NCBI GenBank assembly: GCA_951406725.2
Contig: OX597821.1
Span: 2,790,001-2,854,000, forward strand
Direction: 5' to 3'
From: Octopus vulgaris
Taxonomy: Eukaryota
Length of the DNA: 64,000 bases
The notes beneath the pieces are model-generated. The model worked only from the letters and a program-made list of their open reading frames with translations. It did not search any database and was not told the DNA's origin. The position numbers and the translations under genes were made by a program. This document shows, one piece after another, positions 44,869 to 59,762 of this stretch. Position 1 is the stretch's first letter. Each line of letters opens with the position of its first letter.

Positions 44869-45054
44869 GTGACCGCGTGTATGCTGTTGGCGATTTTTTT
44901 CCTTCGTCTTCCCTTCTCTGGATCTTTCCTTTCCCTATGTTTCTGACGAAGAGCTCCGCTCGAAACGTTATACCCTCCTTCTTCCCTTCTTTCCTGAGCG
45001 TCCAATAATACTATATTTGTTCTGTTTTCTCTTTGTGTTTTCATGTTTAGATTA

Positions 45055-45060
<6 letters not shown>
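44868..45060 (+). mobile_element. Short hammerhead-bearing cassette between (TA)n tracts
   Basis: 44939-44973 reads guuu CUGACGA A GAGC ucc GCUC GAAAC GUU auac; canonical core with palindromic ACGU stem III. Confidence 0.75.
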
Positions 45061-45097
<37 letters not shown>

Positions 45098-45101
45098 TAC
45101 T

Positions 45102-45581
<480 letters not shown>

Positions 45582-45609
45582 TCCATATTATTAGTTATTA
45601 ACTCTCCCT

Positions 45610-46420
45610 CGAGTATTTTGCCTTAGAATTTCAGGTCTTAACTGTAACCTTCTTGCATGAATTCGTTACTGACTTTCAGCTTTTGACTTTACCACATAGC
45701 CACACCCACTGCATTGTAAACCAAGTGACTTGTGATAGAGCACCTGCTGCGTATCATCATGATCTCACACATAACGTAAACCAGCGTGAATCAAACAGAT
45801 ATTTCCACAGATCTGCAGCATTTGATAATACTGATTATCTCCTCTTCCGAAATGCTACATCTTGAAAGATATTTTTCCTTGTCACTAGTTTCCTCCTAGA
45901 TTTGAATCAAAATTGAACATTTTCAAGTTCATCTTAAGAAGATATTTGTTACTACTGATATTGTTGTGTCGAGGATTTTCGTTTTGCTTATTTAATTTCT
46001 TTGAAATACGTTCCCCACTTTGATATCCTGGGATTACTCACTTGAGGAAGTGGTCCACACAAATGCAAAGCTCTCTGAACGATGAGGATTTCAATGCTAG
46101 TCATTTGGGCTTTCTCTAAAACTTCGGTAACAAGGGTATGTTTGGTCCACTTCATGTTGATCATATATCTGAAATAGTTGGCGAAACCGTTTGTACATCT
46201 TAACCTAGTATTTGTGTCTCATCAATGTTTCGTAACTATTAATTATATATAGATGCTTAATGTGATTCTTACAGTTCCTTCTCTTGAATTCTTTGCCCAC
46301 TATACGGAATAGCGGCATCTCAGGATGCCAATTACATGTAATTTCTACCTGCGATGTGTTCATATACAAAATGTCGAAACTTTCCGTGCTAAAATGAGAC
46401 CAAACTACAGCTAACACAAA
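45610..46420 (-). pseudogene. Highly degraded RTE (BovB-like) LINE 3' region
   Basis: Minus-strand remnants INSYETL (LLYGxETW), DDT..QVLY, CSGCGYVVKSKA (C-terminal Zn-finger-like). Confidence 0.45.
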
Positions 46421-46713
46421 AGTGGGGCAAATTTAATAATCTGTAAATACTTGGTAGAATTTTATGATTGCGGCAAACAATATCATACCCTTGCTAGCAC
46501 ATGGATTTTTCTATGTATTTTAACATTCATAAATATTGCATTTATTATATAAGCTTCTTTCAATTTCCGTGTACCAAATCCTCTCAGGAGGTTTTAGTCG
46601 GTCCGAGGCTTTTGTAGAATACACTTGGCTGATTTGCTACGCAGCGGGACCGAACCAGAAACCATGTGGTTTGAAGTAAGATTCATACCACACATTCTCG
46701 CCTGCGCATATAC

Positions 46714-46756
<43 letters not shown>

Positions 46757-47259
46757 TATAAGTGTATATATACATATATATATAGATATATAGGCACATA
46801 CAGCTATAGACATGTTTATACATAAACACATCAATATATGTATGTATGTATGCATGTATGTATGCATGTATCTGTGTGTGTCTGTGTGTGTGTGCGTGTG
46901 TCTGTGTAGATTATAATAAATGGAATATTTACGAATTTTAAAATACTTAGAAAAAATTCATGTGCAATTGATTGAAGATTTATTACCAATAAAATTTGCA
47001 GTAATATTCTTAGACCATTCTTGAAAATTATCATTTCCCAAAACAATAAAAGAAAGCTATTAAATAAATCAAATTAATTGTTATAAAGTACATTAAACAC
47101 TCAGGAAACAATTATATATATACAGAGATACACGAATACATACATGCATCATACACTCATATATACATCAATGCATCAATATATCCTAATGGATAAATAT
47201 ATATAAACATATAACTATAATATTATACCAACATATATATAGATATATAGATATATACA

Positions 47260-47322
<63 letters not shown>

Positions 47323-48125
47323 TATATGTATGTATGTATACATGCGTGTATATATGTATATATGTAGTGGGGGTGCATACTCTTGACACAATTCTATATG
47401 TAGACAAATATGTTGAGATGGTGTCGATAAGTAGAAACCTAAAATTATGCTTCTGATATGTTTCGCAGTGTCATAAATACGATAACACAATTAATGTATA
47501 CTCTTAGCGGCGCTATTAATATTGTAGCTGGTACAAGTGAAAATTAAAAGGTGATAATAATAATAATTTATGAAACATAAGTTTTTCGTCAGCCCTTTTT
47601 TCTTGAAATAGTATGCAATTTGACATTTATGTATGGTATAGCAGATAAATAAATAGATAGAGTAACACGAGTGTGAAAAGGTGAAATACAGTCTGTTGTC
47701 ATTTTCTGAGTTATAAATGAAAATAGAAATAATGAATTTAAACTCTGAAATAATAGAGAGTCATGGAGGTAAAGGAGAGAGAGAGAGCATTTCAAGGGGA
47801 AGCAAAGAATAAGTCTAAGGATAAAGAGTAAAAACAAGAAAGAGTGGAAGGTAGGACTGAGAGAATGGATTACTACTGGCGTTCAGAGGAAGGGGAAGAT
47901 GTGGACAATTAGAATGATTATGAATATGTTGAAATTAGGGAGAGGAAAAAGAAGCAGAAAAAAACTGAACCTGATGTAGCTGTAGTAGCTGTAGTAAATA
48001 ATAATGATGATAACAACAACAACAACAACAACAACAACAATAATAATAATAATAATAATATTGATAATAACAATAATAATAATGATGATAATGAAAATAG
48101 TAGTAGTAGTAGTAGTAGTAGTAGT

Positions 48126-48274
<149 letters not shown>

Positions 48275-48284
48275 TAAAAAAAAA

Positions 48285-49334
48285 ACTGATCCAGATAGCA
48301 GCAAAACAAAAAACTGTTCTCAGTATTTAAGGAAGCTGACAAATACAAACAAGAAATCATACCACCTAATAAACACAAAGAAGAAGAAGAAGATGATGAA
48401 GAAACAACAAAAGCTATAAAACAAATGAAATCCAAACTAAAAATAGAACAGCAACGAGCCATGATAAAACGATGGCAAGAAAAGCCCCTTCATGGTAAAT
48501 ACTACACTAAACTAAACGCAAAAGAAATAGACAAAGAAAAATCCCAGCAATGGTTGAGAAGCTCAGGACTCAAAGCAGAAACAGAGGGATTTTTAATTGC
48601 AGCACAAGACCAAAGCCTCCCCACCAGAAATTACCAAAAACATGTAATGAAAAGAAATATTACAAGTAACTGCAGAATATGTGGAGATGGACAAGAAACA
48701 ATAAATCATTATCTCTAGCTGCCCAGTCCTGGCTAAGAAGGAATATATTCACAGACATGACAGAGTTGGAACCTACATACATTGGAAGCTATGCCAACAT
48801 TATGGAATAACAACAGAAAAAAGATGGTATAGGCACACACCAGAAAAGGTCACAGAAAACGAGAAAGCAACCATACTCTGGGATATGCCGATACACACAG
48901 ATAGAGAAATTAAGGCCAACAGACCAGATATAGTTGTCAGAGATCATGAAGAAAAAAATGCTTTCTAATTGATGTATCAATACCGGCAGATGACAACGTG
49001 TCTCTAAAAGAAATGGAGAAACTCTCAAAATACAAAGACCTGGAAATAGAGGTAACTAGAATGTGGAACCTGAAAACAGAAACAATTCCTATCATAGTAG
49101 GTGCATTAGGCATGATAAAAAAATATTCAGACAAATACATAACAAAAACACCAGGACTTACAAACACATATAACATACAGAAAATTGCACTACTAGGCAC
49201 TGCACACATCCTACGAAGAACACTTTCCATACAATAACCATCAGAGCATCACAACAAATCACAGCACATACCCAAGCCACACAGAGCTGCGCTCGGTAGT
49301 GAAGTGAAAGAACGCTCTAAAAATAAAACTACTG
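48285..49334 (+). mobile_element. R4/Dong-like RLE retrotransposon, longest 5'-truncated copy (lineage A)
   Basis: WQEKPLHGKY, SQQWL, LKAETEGFLIAAQDQSLPTRNY, CRICG...H, RPD, EKLSKYKDL, IIVGALG, ALLGTAHILRRTL; two frameshifts; (AAT)n flanks. Confidence 0.95.
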
Positions 49335-49379
49335 AATAATAATAATAATATTAATAATAATAATAATAATACTCTATAA

Positions 49380-49533
49380 TGATACGCACGTACTTGCAGA
49401 AAACATCACTGCTCCGAACCGCTCGAATACTCCGGAAGGTGCTTGAAAAATAAGAGGTGTTAATTTAATTCACTGGTAGTGAACAGCTGACACCGTGGTA
49501 TATCTCCAGCATTAGAAGCTGGTCAAAGGCAAT
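49380..49533 (+). mobile_element. R4/Dong-like 3' end (lineage B)
   Basis: LQKTSLLRTARILRKVLEK followed by a 3'UTR matching 25634-25782 (reverse strand). Confidence 0.75.
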
Positions 49534-49569
49534 GGTATTATTATTATTATTATTAATAATGGAGGATAA

Positions 49570-50560
49570 CTAGCTTTCTGGAAAGTCGCAATCTTCAATT
49601 CTCAAACAGCATGGCTTTTGCTACGACAGGATCTGCTTGACTCAGTTTTTACCTAATTGATGATGTCCTTTAAATCTTTGGGATCAAGTTCGAATGTATC
49701 CTTTCGTCAAAATTGCGAAATATTGGAATTCTAGATTAAGTACTTATTTGCGAACAGAACGTATTGTCGTCGGTGGAATCCACTGAAGCTCAGCTAAAGT
49801 CACTAAACTCTTCTCTCTCTAGTCTCTATAAACAACATCCCAAGCTTCATCAAACACAACACTATAAAGTGACTCAAAACTCCAGACTCTTGGCTCCGCA
49901 CTCCAGAAAATTGTCAAAGGAGAAGACCAAGCTGAACTTCGGTCTGATATACGTGCTGTGAGACATTGGGCAGACAAAAATAACATTCAATTAAATGAAG
50001 GAACCTTAGAGAAAATGACTTCGCCGAAACAAGCATATTGTCCTGCTTCAGGGGAACTGTGCACACCATTCAATACCCGGTGTGTAGGAGCAATTGAGAA
50101 CAATCTTGCCTGCAGTGCTCACATCTACAGTTAAGTCGACATTACTCTCAAGTTGAGTTCCTGGATCCTCAGAACTTTGCATCATCCTTCTTTTTTCCTA
50201 CTGTGCACGGCGTCACTTTGAATACTACTACACTGTTTGGTTTCTCCACACCACACGAAATATTACGAGAGTTGTGTAACTCAGAGTGCAATCAGTAAAA
50301 AGTGAAGTGTTTCCCTGATCTTTACTGGGCCCTCTTTAGAACATTAAAACTTTATTCTCTCCAGCAATCTGAGCGCTACATACATTTCACAATGTGGAGA
50401 ATATACTATTAGCATTGGCCAAATGACCTTAACATTAGACTTCGAATCCATCCAATGCTGAGGCAACGTTTCATACGAGGCCTACACAATTCAGGCAATA
50501 ATTTCATTGCATCATAGTTTCTTTTCCTCAACAGAACCCTTCTTTGTTTACCATTATCCC
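49570..50560 (+). pseudogene. Degraded CR1-group LINE RT
   Basis: QHGFCYDRICLTQF (QHGFxxGRSCLTQL), DIRAVRHWADKNNIQLN, WILRT, HFEYYYTVWF (HLEYCSxVWSP), LKLYSLQ. Confidence 0.75.
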
Positions 50561-52696
50561 AAAACAAATCTTCCACTGTTAGGTTATAACTAGCTGTTTA
50601 CTTTTAAACTTTACTCACCTTAGACCCCAGATTGATTACTTAACTTTCATGCAGAATGAGTCGCTGGATATATTTCCCTAACGCCTGTGAAAGAAATTGT
50701 GAATCCCTTCTATTTATTTATGCTTCTGATAAATTTATGAAGTAGTTTATATATGATCAAATATAAAGTAGATATCTTGTAAGTAATAACTCAAAGGTAT
50801 ATCTCACGGCCGCTCTTCAATGCACCAAATGAGATATTCCTGATGTCATATGCTTTTTGTTTCCTTTAATATGTCACCCTCTCAACCATTTGATACTGCC
50901 AGAGTAAATCACTTCCCAACTGGCATCGAACTGGGAAATGACAAAGGCATGTTGCATGGGGTGTCTATTTTCGAGCCTGTATATAGAAAACTGCAGAAGT
51001 ATTATCAAAAATTTCAATACTAACAATCTGTATTTCAAGCAATAGTGAGTTTATATTAAATATATGCAGTGTCTAGCACACGTTCTGTATTGTTATATAA
51101 ATGGATCGTAATGTAGAAGAAGCATTATATTGGAAATAGAAACAATATAAGCAGCAACCCGACACAGAATATAGTTGTATACCACCATGCTGGAAAATTG
51201 AAGTTAGTTGTTCTTATCTCAAAAGTTTGGGGATCTGCCAAACATGTCGAGCTCGATTCAGTTTTATAAAGAGGATATTAGTATTTTCCATGCGATCCTG
51301 ATTATGAGGTATTTTTTCGTTCTTAAGAGATTTTCAGAGTAATCCTTACATACCTTCAATGTAAAAAAAAAAAAGGAAACTATCTACATATATATATATA
51401 TATATCATCTTATTTCACCAATTGCCAATCTAACGTGAATTTGGCAGCAATCTAGGTGGTTGATAGAGAAAATACGTAATTTTTCTGTTTGAATAGACGT
51501 TTACAAAACTTTCTTGCCTCTTTTAAATTTGACTGAAATATCAAGAAGTATTGTCACTACTGGAATGGCGCCAAACTTGTGTAAATTTCCTCTAAAAATA
51601 CAAAGTGCATCATGATAATTTGCTTGGAATATTCCAGCCAAATGTGAACACGATTGATTTTATAATTTTTTATCTAATTATTTCAATTATAGAAAATTTC
51701 AAAAATTGAACGTAGGTGTTTGGATATTTATAATGATAATATCATTGTATGGTAACTGGTAATTATTTACTATTGGATGTGACTCTCGCATGCATGTATA
51801 AGTATGTGCTTGTGGTGGAAGTTTGGAGGCGTGTTTAAAGAATAACAAAAGAAAGACTAGAAAGAATGTATCATTATCGAAATGGGCGGAATTTCCACCG
51901 ATCCAAATTCATTCTCAGTCTATGACTTGACTAGAGGCTATACAAGATTATATTTACTTCAAATGCCATGCATTGAGATCGAATTATCTACTTCAATATC
52001 CTCGTAACCAGAATATTAGAATATAGTAAATAGCATTGAAAATATCTCAGTTTTGAAGTTACCCCTGCACTTTAAGTAGAAAGGGGTGCAATAGCGCCTA
52101 TTTAAATGTCTTGACAACTTTTTTTTCAGTTTTGTAATAATGTAATAAATCTCACCATTGGCAGAGTTTCAAGTTTGCTGCAGTGATTCGAAAAGTTCCA
52201 AAAGGCTCCTGCGAATGAGCGCTTTAAGAATCCCGTTTGCTTATTGTGAACGTTAGAAAATGTCCAGTTTTTCTGTGTTGCACAGTTATCATTGGAAGCG
52301 AGGAAATATTCTGTTCTCTCTATGACGCTAGGTGTATACAAATTTTGCCTACCATTCACGTAGACTTTCGTGGAAAATTATTAAGATGAGTTTTCACAAA
52401 TTTAATTCGGATAAAATTTCAGAATCTGTTCTCCGTTTTCGTAATATCATGTCCATTGAAAAGGACATTTTGGTTAAAGGTATTTCAAAGATGAATAACC
52501 ATCTTCCTTGTAGAGAGAGGTTAATGTTGTTTTTGATGCAATATATATTGGCCGCTCACATGTAATAATATTTTGGTGTCTATTAAGACAAACACCACTG
52601 CCATATGTAGCAAATTCTGCACCACATAGAAAACCTTGGGTTGACTCGATGTTCTTGATGATGGGGATAATAAAGATGATGATGATGGTGATGATA

Positions 52697-52729
<33 letters not shown>

Positions 52730-53286
52730 TTGATGATGTTGATGATGATGATGCTGATGTTGACGATGCTGCTGCTGCTGATGATGATGATGCTGATGAT
52801 GATGATGATGATGGTGACGATGATGACGATATGGTTACCGCAGTGGTGATAAGGATAGTAGCCGGTGATGTTTTGGCGATAGGTGTAGAGAGTAGAGGAG
52901 TTAATGGTTCTGGTGCTGGTTGTGAGTTCCAGTTGAGTGGACGGTAGTGGTTTCTAGGGTGATGGTAATCTTCACCTGTATATTAGCCCCGATGGAGTAT
53001 CTCGTTAATGGAAGGTGTTCAGATTCATTTAAGTTTTCTTTACAGACAAAGCTTAACTCTGGTAACACTATCCCATGAGCCTCTCCACTTTATTACGACA
53101 GTAGTTAATGCCTTGTGGAAGCCTTCGCTGTTGTACAAAATAGAACAGGCATACGCACACATATGTACATGCACACACGCACACACGCACACACACATAT
53201 ACATATATTAACTTTGATATTATGGGTATTTTTCTCGTTTGGAAAAGAAGTACATATATATATATATGTATGTGTGTGGGTGTGTG

Positions 53287-53351
<65 letters not shown>

Positions 53352-53392
53352 ATGTGTGTGTGTATATATAAATATATATATATATATGTATA

Positions 53393-53516
53393 CAGTAGAA
53401 CCTCAGTTTAGGAACGTCTCTGATCCCGAATAAATCGTACTTTATATATCTATATATATATATATGAGCACGGTTTATTTGAGATGAGAGTTGTTCGAAA
53501 GCCGAGGTAACTACTG
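53393..53516. mobile_element. Tigger/pogo-like MITE (~124 bp)
   Basis: TA|cagtagaacctcagtttaggaac ... gttcgaaagccgaggtaactactg|TA. Confidence 0.75.
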
Positions 53517-53600
53517 TATATACATACCTACATACATGCATACATACATACATACATACCTACATACATACATACATACATACATGCATACATACATACA

Positions 53601-53690
<90 letters not shown>

Positions 53691-54870
53691 CTGGCCGGGG
53701 ACAAATGTATGTTTAGTTTGATTATATTTATATTAATAAAGATCCCCATTTTCTTTGTTTTGCTGCTCCTCTCTATGGATGCACATGTGGTTCTTGTACT
53801 TATTGATTCAGCTACTGAAATTCCATAGTAAATGCGTCTTATTTTTATATAAGATGTACTTTTGTTTGAGCAAATGGTATAGTCAGCATAAGCAGTTCAG
53901 AATATCTAATTGAACTTAACACATCGCACTGTAATAAAATTAATTTCCTTATGAGTAAAACAGGAAATCTTTCTAGTTAGCAACTCTGTCAAATTTACTT
54001 TCCAATTGTATTTATAAATCTTTTATTAATTCTTTTTTTTTGTTTCTTAAACTTGTGTTTCTTTTTATTCCAATTAATCATTGCGAGAACACATTGGCAT
54101 TATAACAGGTTTAAATTAGATCAGCTACGTAAAAATAATGATAAATTAATTCCTTGCTGTCACTTCGTTAAAATACCTGCAATGATGTTGAAGATATAAG
54201 CGTATTAATTGTATGCAATTTAAAATTTCGCTTTACCATTACATATCACGCATTACACATCTATTGTTACTTTTATTGTTGTTTTTGTATTCTTCGTCTT
54301 ATTTATGTGCTCGGGTGTGCACGTCATCTTAATCATGTGTGCGCTTGTGTGAAGCCTTTTGTTTCAAATCGAAACGTTTTGATTTGTGATTAGTTTTGCT
54401 TACTTTCCTCTACTTAATATCGCTACAGACATTTTCCTAACATTCAATTTTGCTTGGCGTTGCAGTAATATTTGAAGAATTTTAACATCATTGGCTTTCT
54501 GTTGAATGAAACGTACAATTACATATGTATCATTAGATGCATTCAGTCATTGAAAAAGTATTCTAGTTAGAAAAAATAAGGAACGATCAGAACACTGATA
54601 CTAATAAGCAATGCGTTAAAATTTAGCTTCCTACTTTTCAAATAAACTTGCTTCATATTCGAAATTAAATTCCAATGTTTCACAAGTGATATCTACAATT
54701 AATGTCATCCTAAAGGGACGTACTCATTACAATAAAAATTTATATTCTGAAATTTTCTGAAGACGAATTCAATGCAGAATCTAACTAATTAGCTATGATC
54801 TGCTTCTTCAAAGAAAGAAAGTAAATCTCGTTTTTGTTTTCTCTTAGTTTCACTTAGTAAATAATAAAGG

Positions 54871-54965
<95 letters not shown>

Positions 54966-55613
54966 TGTATATGTATAAATATATATATACATCTATCTAT
55001 CTATCTATAACAAGGTTAATTTTCGTAAGCCTACACGCTTTAATAGAATTTCTTCACTCATTTTCCAAAGGAGAAAAATATATCTCGATAATACCAAATA
55101 CATAGCTGCTTACATATTATTGCCAAAAGTTTCTTCATGTTTTTGCGGTTATATCGTCTGCAGTTTAACATCTCTTGTTTACAAACAAGAAAATTATTTT
55201 CGGACGCTTTTTATTATCGCAAACAAGAAGACATTAGCTATTAAAATTTAATTCAGGAAATAAGTAACAAGTTAAGAATTTAACAAGTTAGATGCAGTAA
55301 TCGAGTGTAGCATTCGAGTCCAGTGTACATCGCATCAAAATATATACCTGATTGATTTCAAAGTGTAAGTACCGCAGCTAACTTAAACACTTATAATTAA
55401 GTGTTAGCTTCAAATTAGTACATGAAGATAAGTATTTTGATCGTAAAATTACTGAAACGATAGAACTTTCGCATATAGAGAGATGAAACAAAATAAAAAT
55501 CAACGGCCATCCCACGCTACTTAAGACTATAACAATGCTTTTAGAAACCGCAGCGGCTTTGCTGGATAATGGAAGTTCCACTGAGAATTTACTAGAGGTG
55601 TCGTGTTGTGTTG

Positions 55614-56075
55614 TGACCCCTTTCGGTCATGAATGACCATGGGATTGCACCTAGAAATTTATCCCCCAAGGCACAGGTCTGCCCAAAGTTGTTTATGGAA
55701 AACCAGCAGTCGCCCCCGCATACCAGCCTCCCCTCTCCACGTAACCGATGTTATCCAAGGGAAAGGCAAAGGCCGATACAGCTTGCCACCAGTGATGTTG
55801 CAGCTAATTTATTAACGTGCAAGTGGCTGAGCATTCCACAGACACGTGTACTCTTAACGTAGCTCTCGGCGAGATTCAGCATGACACAGAGTGTGACTAG
55901 GCTGGCCCTTTGAAATACAGGTACTACAGAAACAGGAAGAAAGAGTGAGAGAAGTTTGTGCTGAAAGAATACAGTATACGTCCGACTGGAGCCTAGTGGA
56001 GCTTTAGGTGTTTTCGCGCAATAAACCCTCACAATGCCCGGTCTGGAATCGAAACTGCGAACCTACGTCGCTACG
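55614..56075 (-). mobile_element. Chimeric SINE: head and body of the 29574 family joined to the tail of the 21125 family
   Basis: 55812-56070 matches 29648-29915; 55614-55810 matches 21127-21310. Confidence 0.85.
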
Positions 56076-56446
56076 ACCTTCTGCTTCAATAAACGAGTTT
56101 TCTTCTGGAAAGCTGTTCCTTCTATCTTCTACGGACTGTTCGATGCTTACTAGCTTTCTACACCTGGATCCGTGGATCTCACCTTTACAAATAACATATA
56201 TATATATATATCATCAAAATAAGCAACAAGTATATCCGAGGTAATGTGGTATGATCGTTTCATGCTACTTCATTTTATTAAACACTGTAAGCATTACATC
56301 AGTTTTAAAATGTCGAGCAATCATCAGCCACCATTAGAAATTTTTCAATCAAACGGACAATGCACATTCTTATCCTTATTTCATTTGCAAGCATTATAAA
56401 GAGGGTAGATATACAGAGAGATTGATTTCCTTCTTAAGAACATGAT

Positions 56447-56489
56447 TGTATTAAATCTACTCTCTGAGTCAGAGAGTAGATTTAATACA
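56447..56489. repeat. Perfect 43-bp palindrome (21-bp arms, 1-nt spacer)
   Basis: tgtattaaatctactctctga g tcagagagtagatttaataca. Confidence 0.97.
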
Positions 56490-56584
56490 TCATGATGAAG
56501 GAAAAGCTAGAGACAAGCAGTAAACTCATTTTAGCAAATTGGAGGCACAAGCGAGGGAGGAGAGATGGAATATGTACGCATGTA

Positions 56585-57150
56585 TTGGATTGTCCGGAAA
56601 GTTCATGCTCATTTATAGTAGCATATATTTCGACTTATTTTAGAACATTGTTGAGTCCATAAAATAGGATTTGATTAGACCTCCATTAAGAGCGCAGTGT
56701 AAGCTACCTTTACGTGGAAGAAGGTTTATATTCCTATAACCTGTTTTAATTCTGTAACCCTCTAAGATGGAAGATAAGTAAGTTCATTTTCGGCACTTGA
56801 TGATTTGGGAACCAGACAAAAATTGCTGCACCTTGGCTGGGATGTGTTACCCCACCCTCCATATTCACCAGATATTGCCCCTTCGGATTTCCACTTATTT
56901 AGGTATCTGCCGAATAGTCTTAATGGTAAAAATTTCAATTCTTTGGACGACGTAAAAAGATACCTTGATGAATTATTTGCCATAAAACCACCTCAATTCT
57001 GGGAAGAGGGTATTTTCAAGTTAAAGGAAAGATGGAGACGCATTGTGCAACAAAATGGTTCATATTTAGTCGATTAAAAATGTAATGGCAAGTATTTATT
57101 GACCTTTTTGTTTCCTTTAAAAATCAGCACGAACTTTTCGGACAAATGAA
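56585..57150 (+). mobile_element. Internally deleted mariner (DD34D) element
   Basis: 30-bp TIRs ttggattgtccggaaagttcatgctcattt / aaatcagcacgaacttttcggacaaatgaa with TA TSDs; ORF 56805-57077 has LGWDVLPHPPYSPDIAPSDFHLF. Confidence 0.93.
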
Positions 57151-58318
57151 TAGATCTAACAACAGATAACAGATTCGACTGGTGTTCATAATAGTTGGGT
57201 TTAGTGATTTAGTGAGCAGGAATGTAGCGTTAACAGGTGACCATTATTTGCACATATGAAGAGTGAGAGTGAAGGGATAGATTGTAACAGACAAGATAAA
57301 GGGGTCAGACCAATCTCTAATGGAAGGTCAGGTAAGTAACCGTGTCACTCAAACGTTATGTCTTCGCTTGCAACGAATATTAAATCCTTCCATCCAAAGA
57401 AACGTGTGCAACACATGTGTGTATAGTTGGTTTAATAGGATTTCTTCATATTGTAGGAAATACTTCTGGAAAGAAACAACGACGCATGGATACTGATTCC
57501 AAAAGAACTATATCTAGAAAGGTTGTAACCGCTAGCTTTAATAATTCATTATATTGCATTGGTTATATGACAATAAGAATGAAGTGACAGAAAAATCTAA
57601 TTGAAATCAAGACTAGAAAATTTATAATAGGTAGAACATGAAATTAGATTCAATAATTTTACATTTCGTGTCATTGGACCGGAAGTAACGTAAATGATTT
57701 TAAAAAGTTCAAAATATTCAGAAAACATATTTGAACGACAACGAGTTCCTGCCGTTCAAATATTCGGCTTTTAATAACGATGTCACAAACGACTCTGTAG
57801 CGGAGAGATTGAAAGTTCTGTAAAATTGTGCTCTTAGCAGCGAAATTGATTTGATCTAACTGGAATTATTGAAAATTTTCCAATGCATAGAACCTTTTCA
57901 TTAAGCGACGGTCAACGTTTTCAGATTAGTATTACAACTCTAAATTTATAATTAAAAACGAAATCACTTAATATTTTTGACTTGCTATCGAACTGATTGT
58001 AAAAAGCAATAATGCAGTGAGTCCACTTTATCATCTCGTGTCTGTTTCTTCATTCGGTCATCGAACTGCGATTATGCTTGGACAACGCCTGTAATGGTTT
58101 GGTCGAACAAATTTCCCCAACTACATGCTTTTTAAACCTGCTTCATTTGTTGAACCGCTATGTTGCAGGGATTTAAACAAATCAAGTGTTGTTGTTAAAA
58201 GGTGGAAGAGACATACACAAACATACATACGCACATACATAATATGTATATATACATATGCATACACACACATTCATATACATACATGTATATATATATA
58301 TATATATAGATGCATGTG

Positions 58319-58382
<64 letters not shown>

Positions 58383-59174
58383 TATATACATATATATACA
58401 CACATACATACACACACACACTACACAAACACACACACGTATATATATATATATGTATATATATATGAGTGTGTATATATATATTGATGTCTACGGAGGG
58501 TCGTTAACTTTGGAGCTACAGTACACGCGCACATATTGCCGCGTGGTGTGAATCAACAAGCCATCACCTTATTACATAATAAGACTTTTGTTTACCACAC
58601 ATCCATATTTATTGTCTAAAATATCAAAAGAATATTTATATCTGGTTAGTTATTCATAGCATTCCAAAATTAATTTTTAAAAAGTGTCAAATTTTATATG
58701 ACGTACCTCAATTTCGACAATGTGTTTACTACAAGATTTAGCTTTTCTTGTTTAGGTTATAATTTTCAGTTTATAGTAAAAACACCTAAATTTAAAGCCT
58801 GCAATGATAATGTGAATAAATATATTAGCAGGGAAAATTATACGAAACTTAACTTTGGCCAAGCATTTATTATATATATTTGGCCGTGTATTTATTACAT
58901 ATCATTTTGATATAAACGAAAGAAAACAAATGAAGAAATAAAAGTTGGGTAAAGATATCTTTAAACAAAAAAAAATGTGTTAGTTAGTATCTAAGATAGT
59001 TGAGTACGATTAACTAAATCTCGAATCAAAACAGTCTATGTATCAGAATTACTTTTCTACAGTGGTCAAAGGTTTATCATTATTGCTGTAGCATTCAAAG
59101 TAGTGTGCAGTCAGAAAATACTCCTATTTCAGGGATAAAGTACAAGAAATCTCAAATACAAAGTAACATTCATT

Positions 59175-59762
59175 TTCTACTCTAGGCACAAGGGACGAAA
59201 TTTTTGAAAGCAGTCGATTAGATCGATCTCAGTACGCAACTGGTACTTAATTTATCGACCGCGAAAGGGTGAAACGCAAAGTCGGCATCCGCAGAATTTG
59301 AATTCAGAAAGTAAGGACAGACAAAATACCGCTAAGCATTTCGCCCGGCGTGCTAACGTTTCTGCCAGCTCACCGCGTTTATATACAAACTAGTATTCGT
59401 TTCTACTCTAGGCAGAAGGCCCGAAATTTTCGGGGAGTTGGCCAGTCGATTTCAACGACAACAGTATATAACTGGTACTTAATTTATCGACCTCGAAAGG
59501 ATGAAAGGCAAAGCCGACTTCGGGGATATTTGGACTCATATACAAAGTAATATTCTTTGTAGGCACAAAGGACAGAAAGTTTTTTTTAGGGAAGGGACTC
59601 GTCGATAAGATCGACCCAGCACGTAACTGGTTCTTAATTTATATACCCCGGAAGATGAAAGGCAAAGTGGACCTCGGCGGAGTTTGAACTCAGAACGTAA
59701 AGACAGACGAGTGTCCGCCAAGCATTTCGCCCGCCTTGCTAACGTTTCCGCCAGCTCACCGC
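59175..59762 (-). mobile_element. Three head-to-tail copies of the 'ggcgagctggcagaa' SINE
   Basis: Units at ~59175-59378, 59401-59537 (truncated) and 59573-59762; each begins on the plus strand with a ttctactctaggcacaagg-like sequence. Confidence 0.88.

Noticed and set aside
52126-52359. Minus-strand ORF ending at ATG|gtgaga, and a plus-strand acceptor at ~52285
   Set aside because: Conflicting strands and no homology; unsupported
56805-57077. SETMAR-like host gene
   Set aside because: Bounded by TIRs with TA TSDs and missing most of the transposase; a deleted mariner
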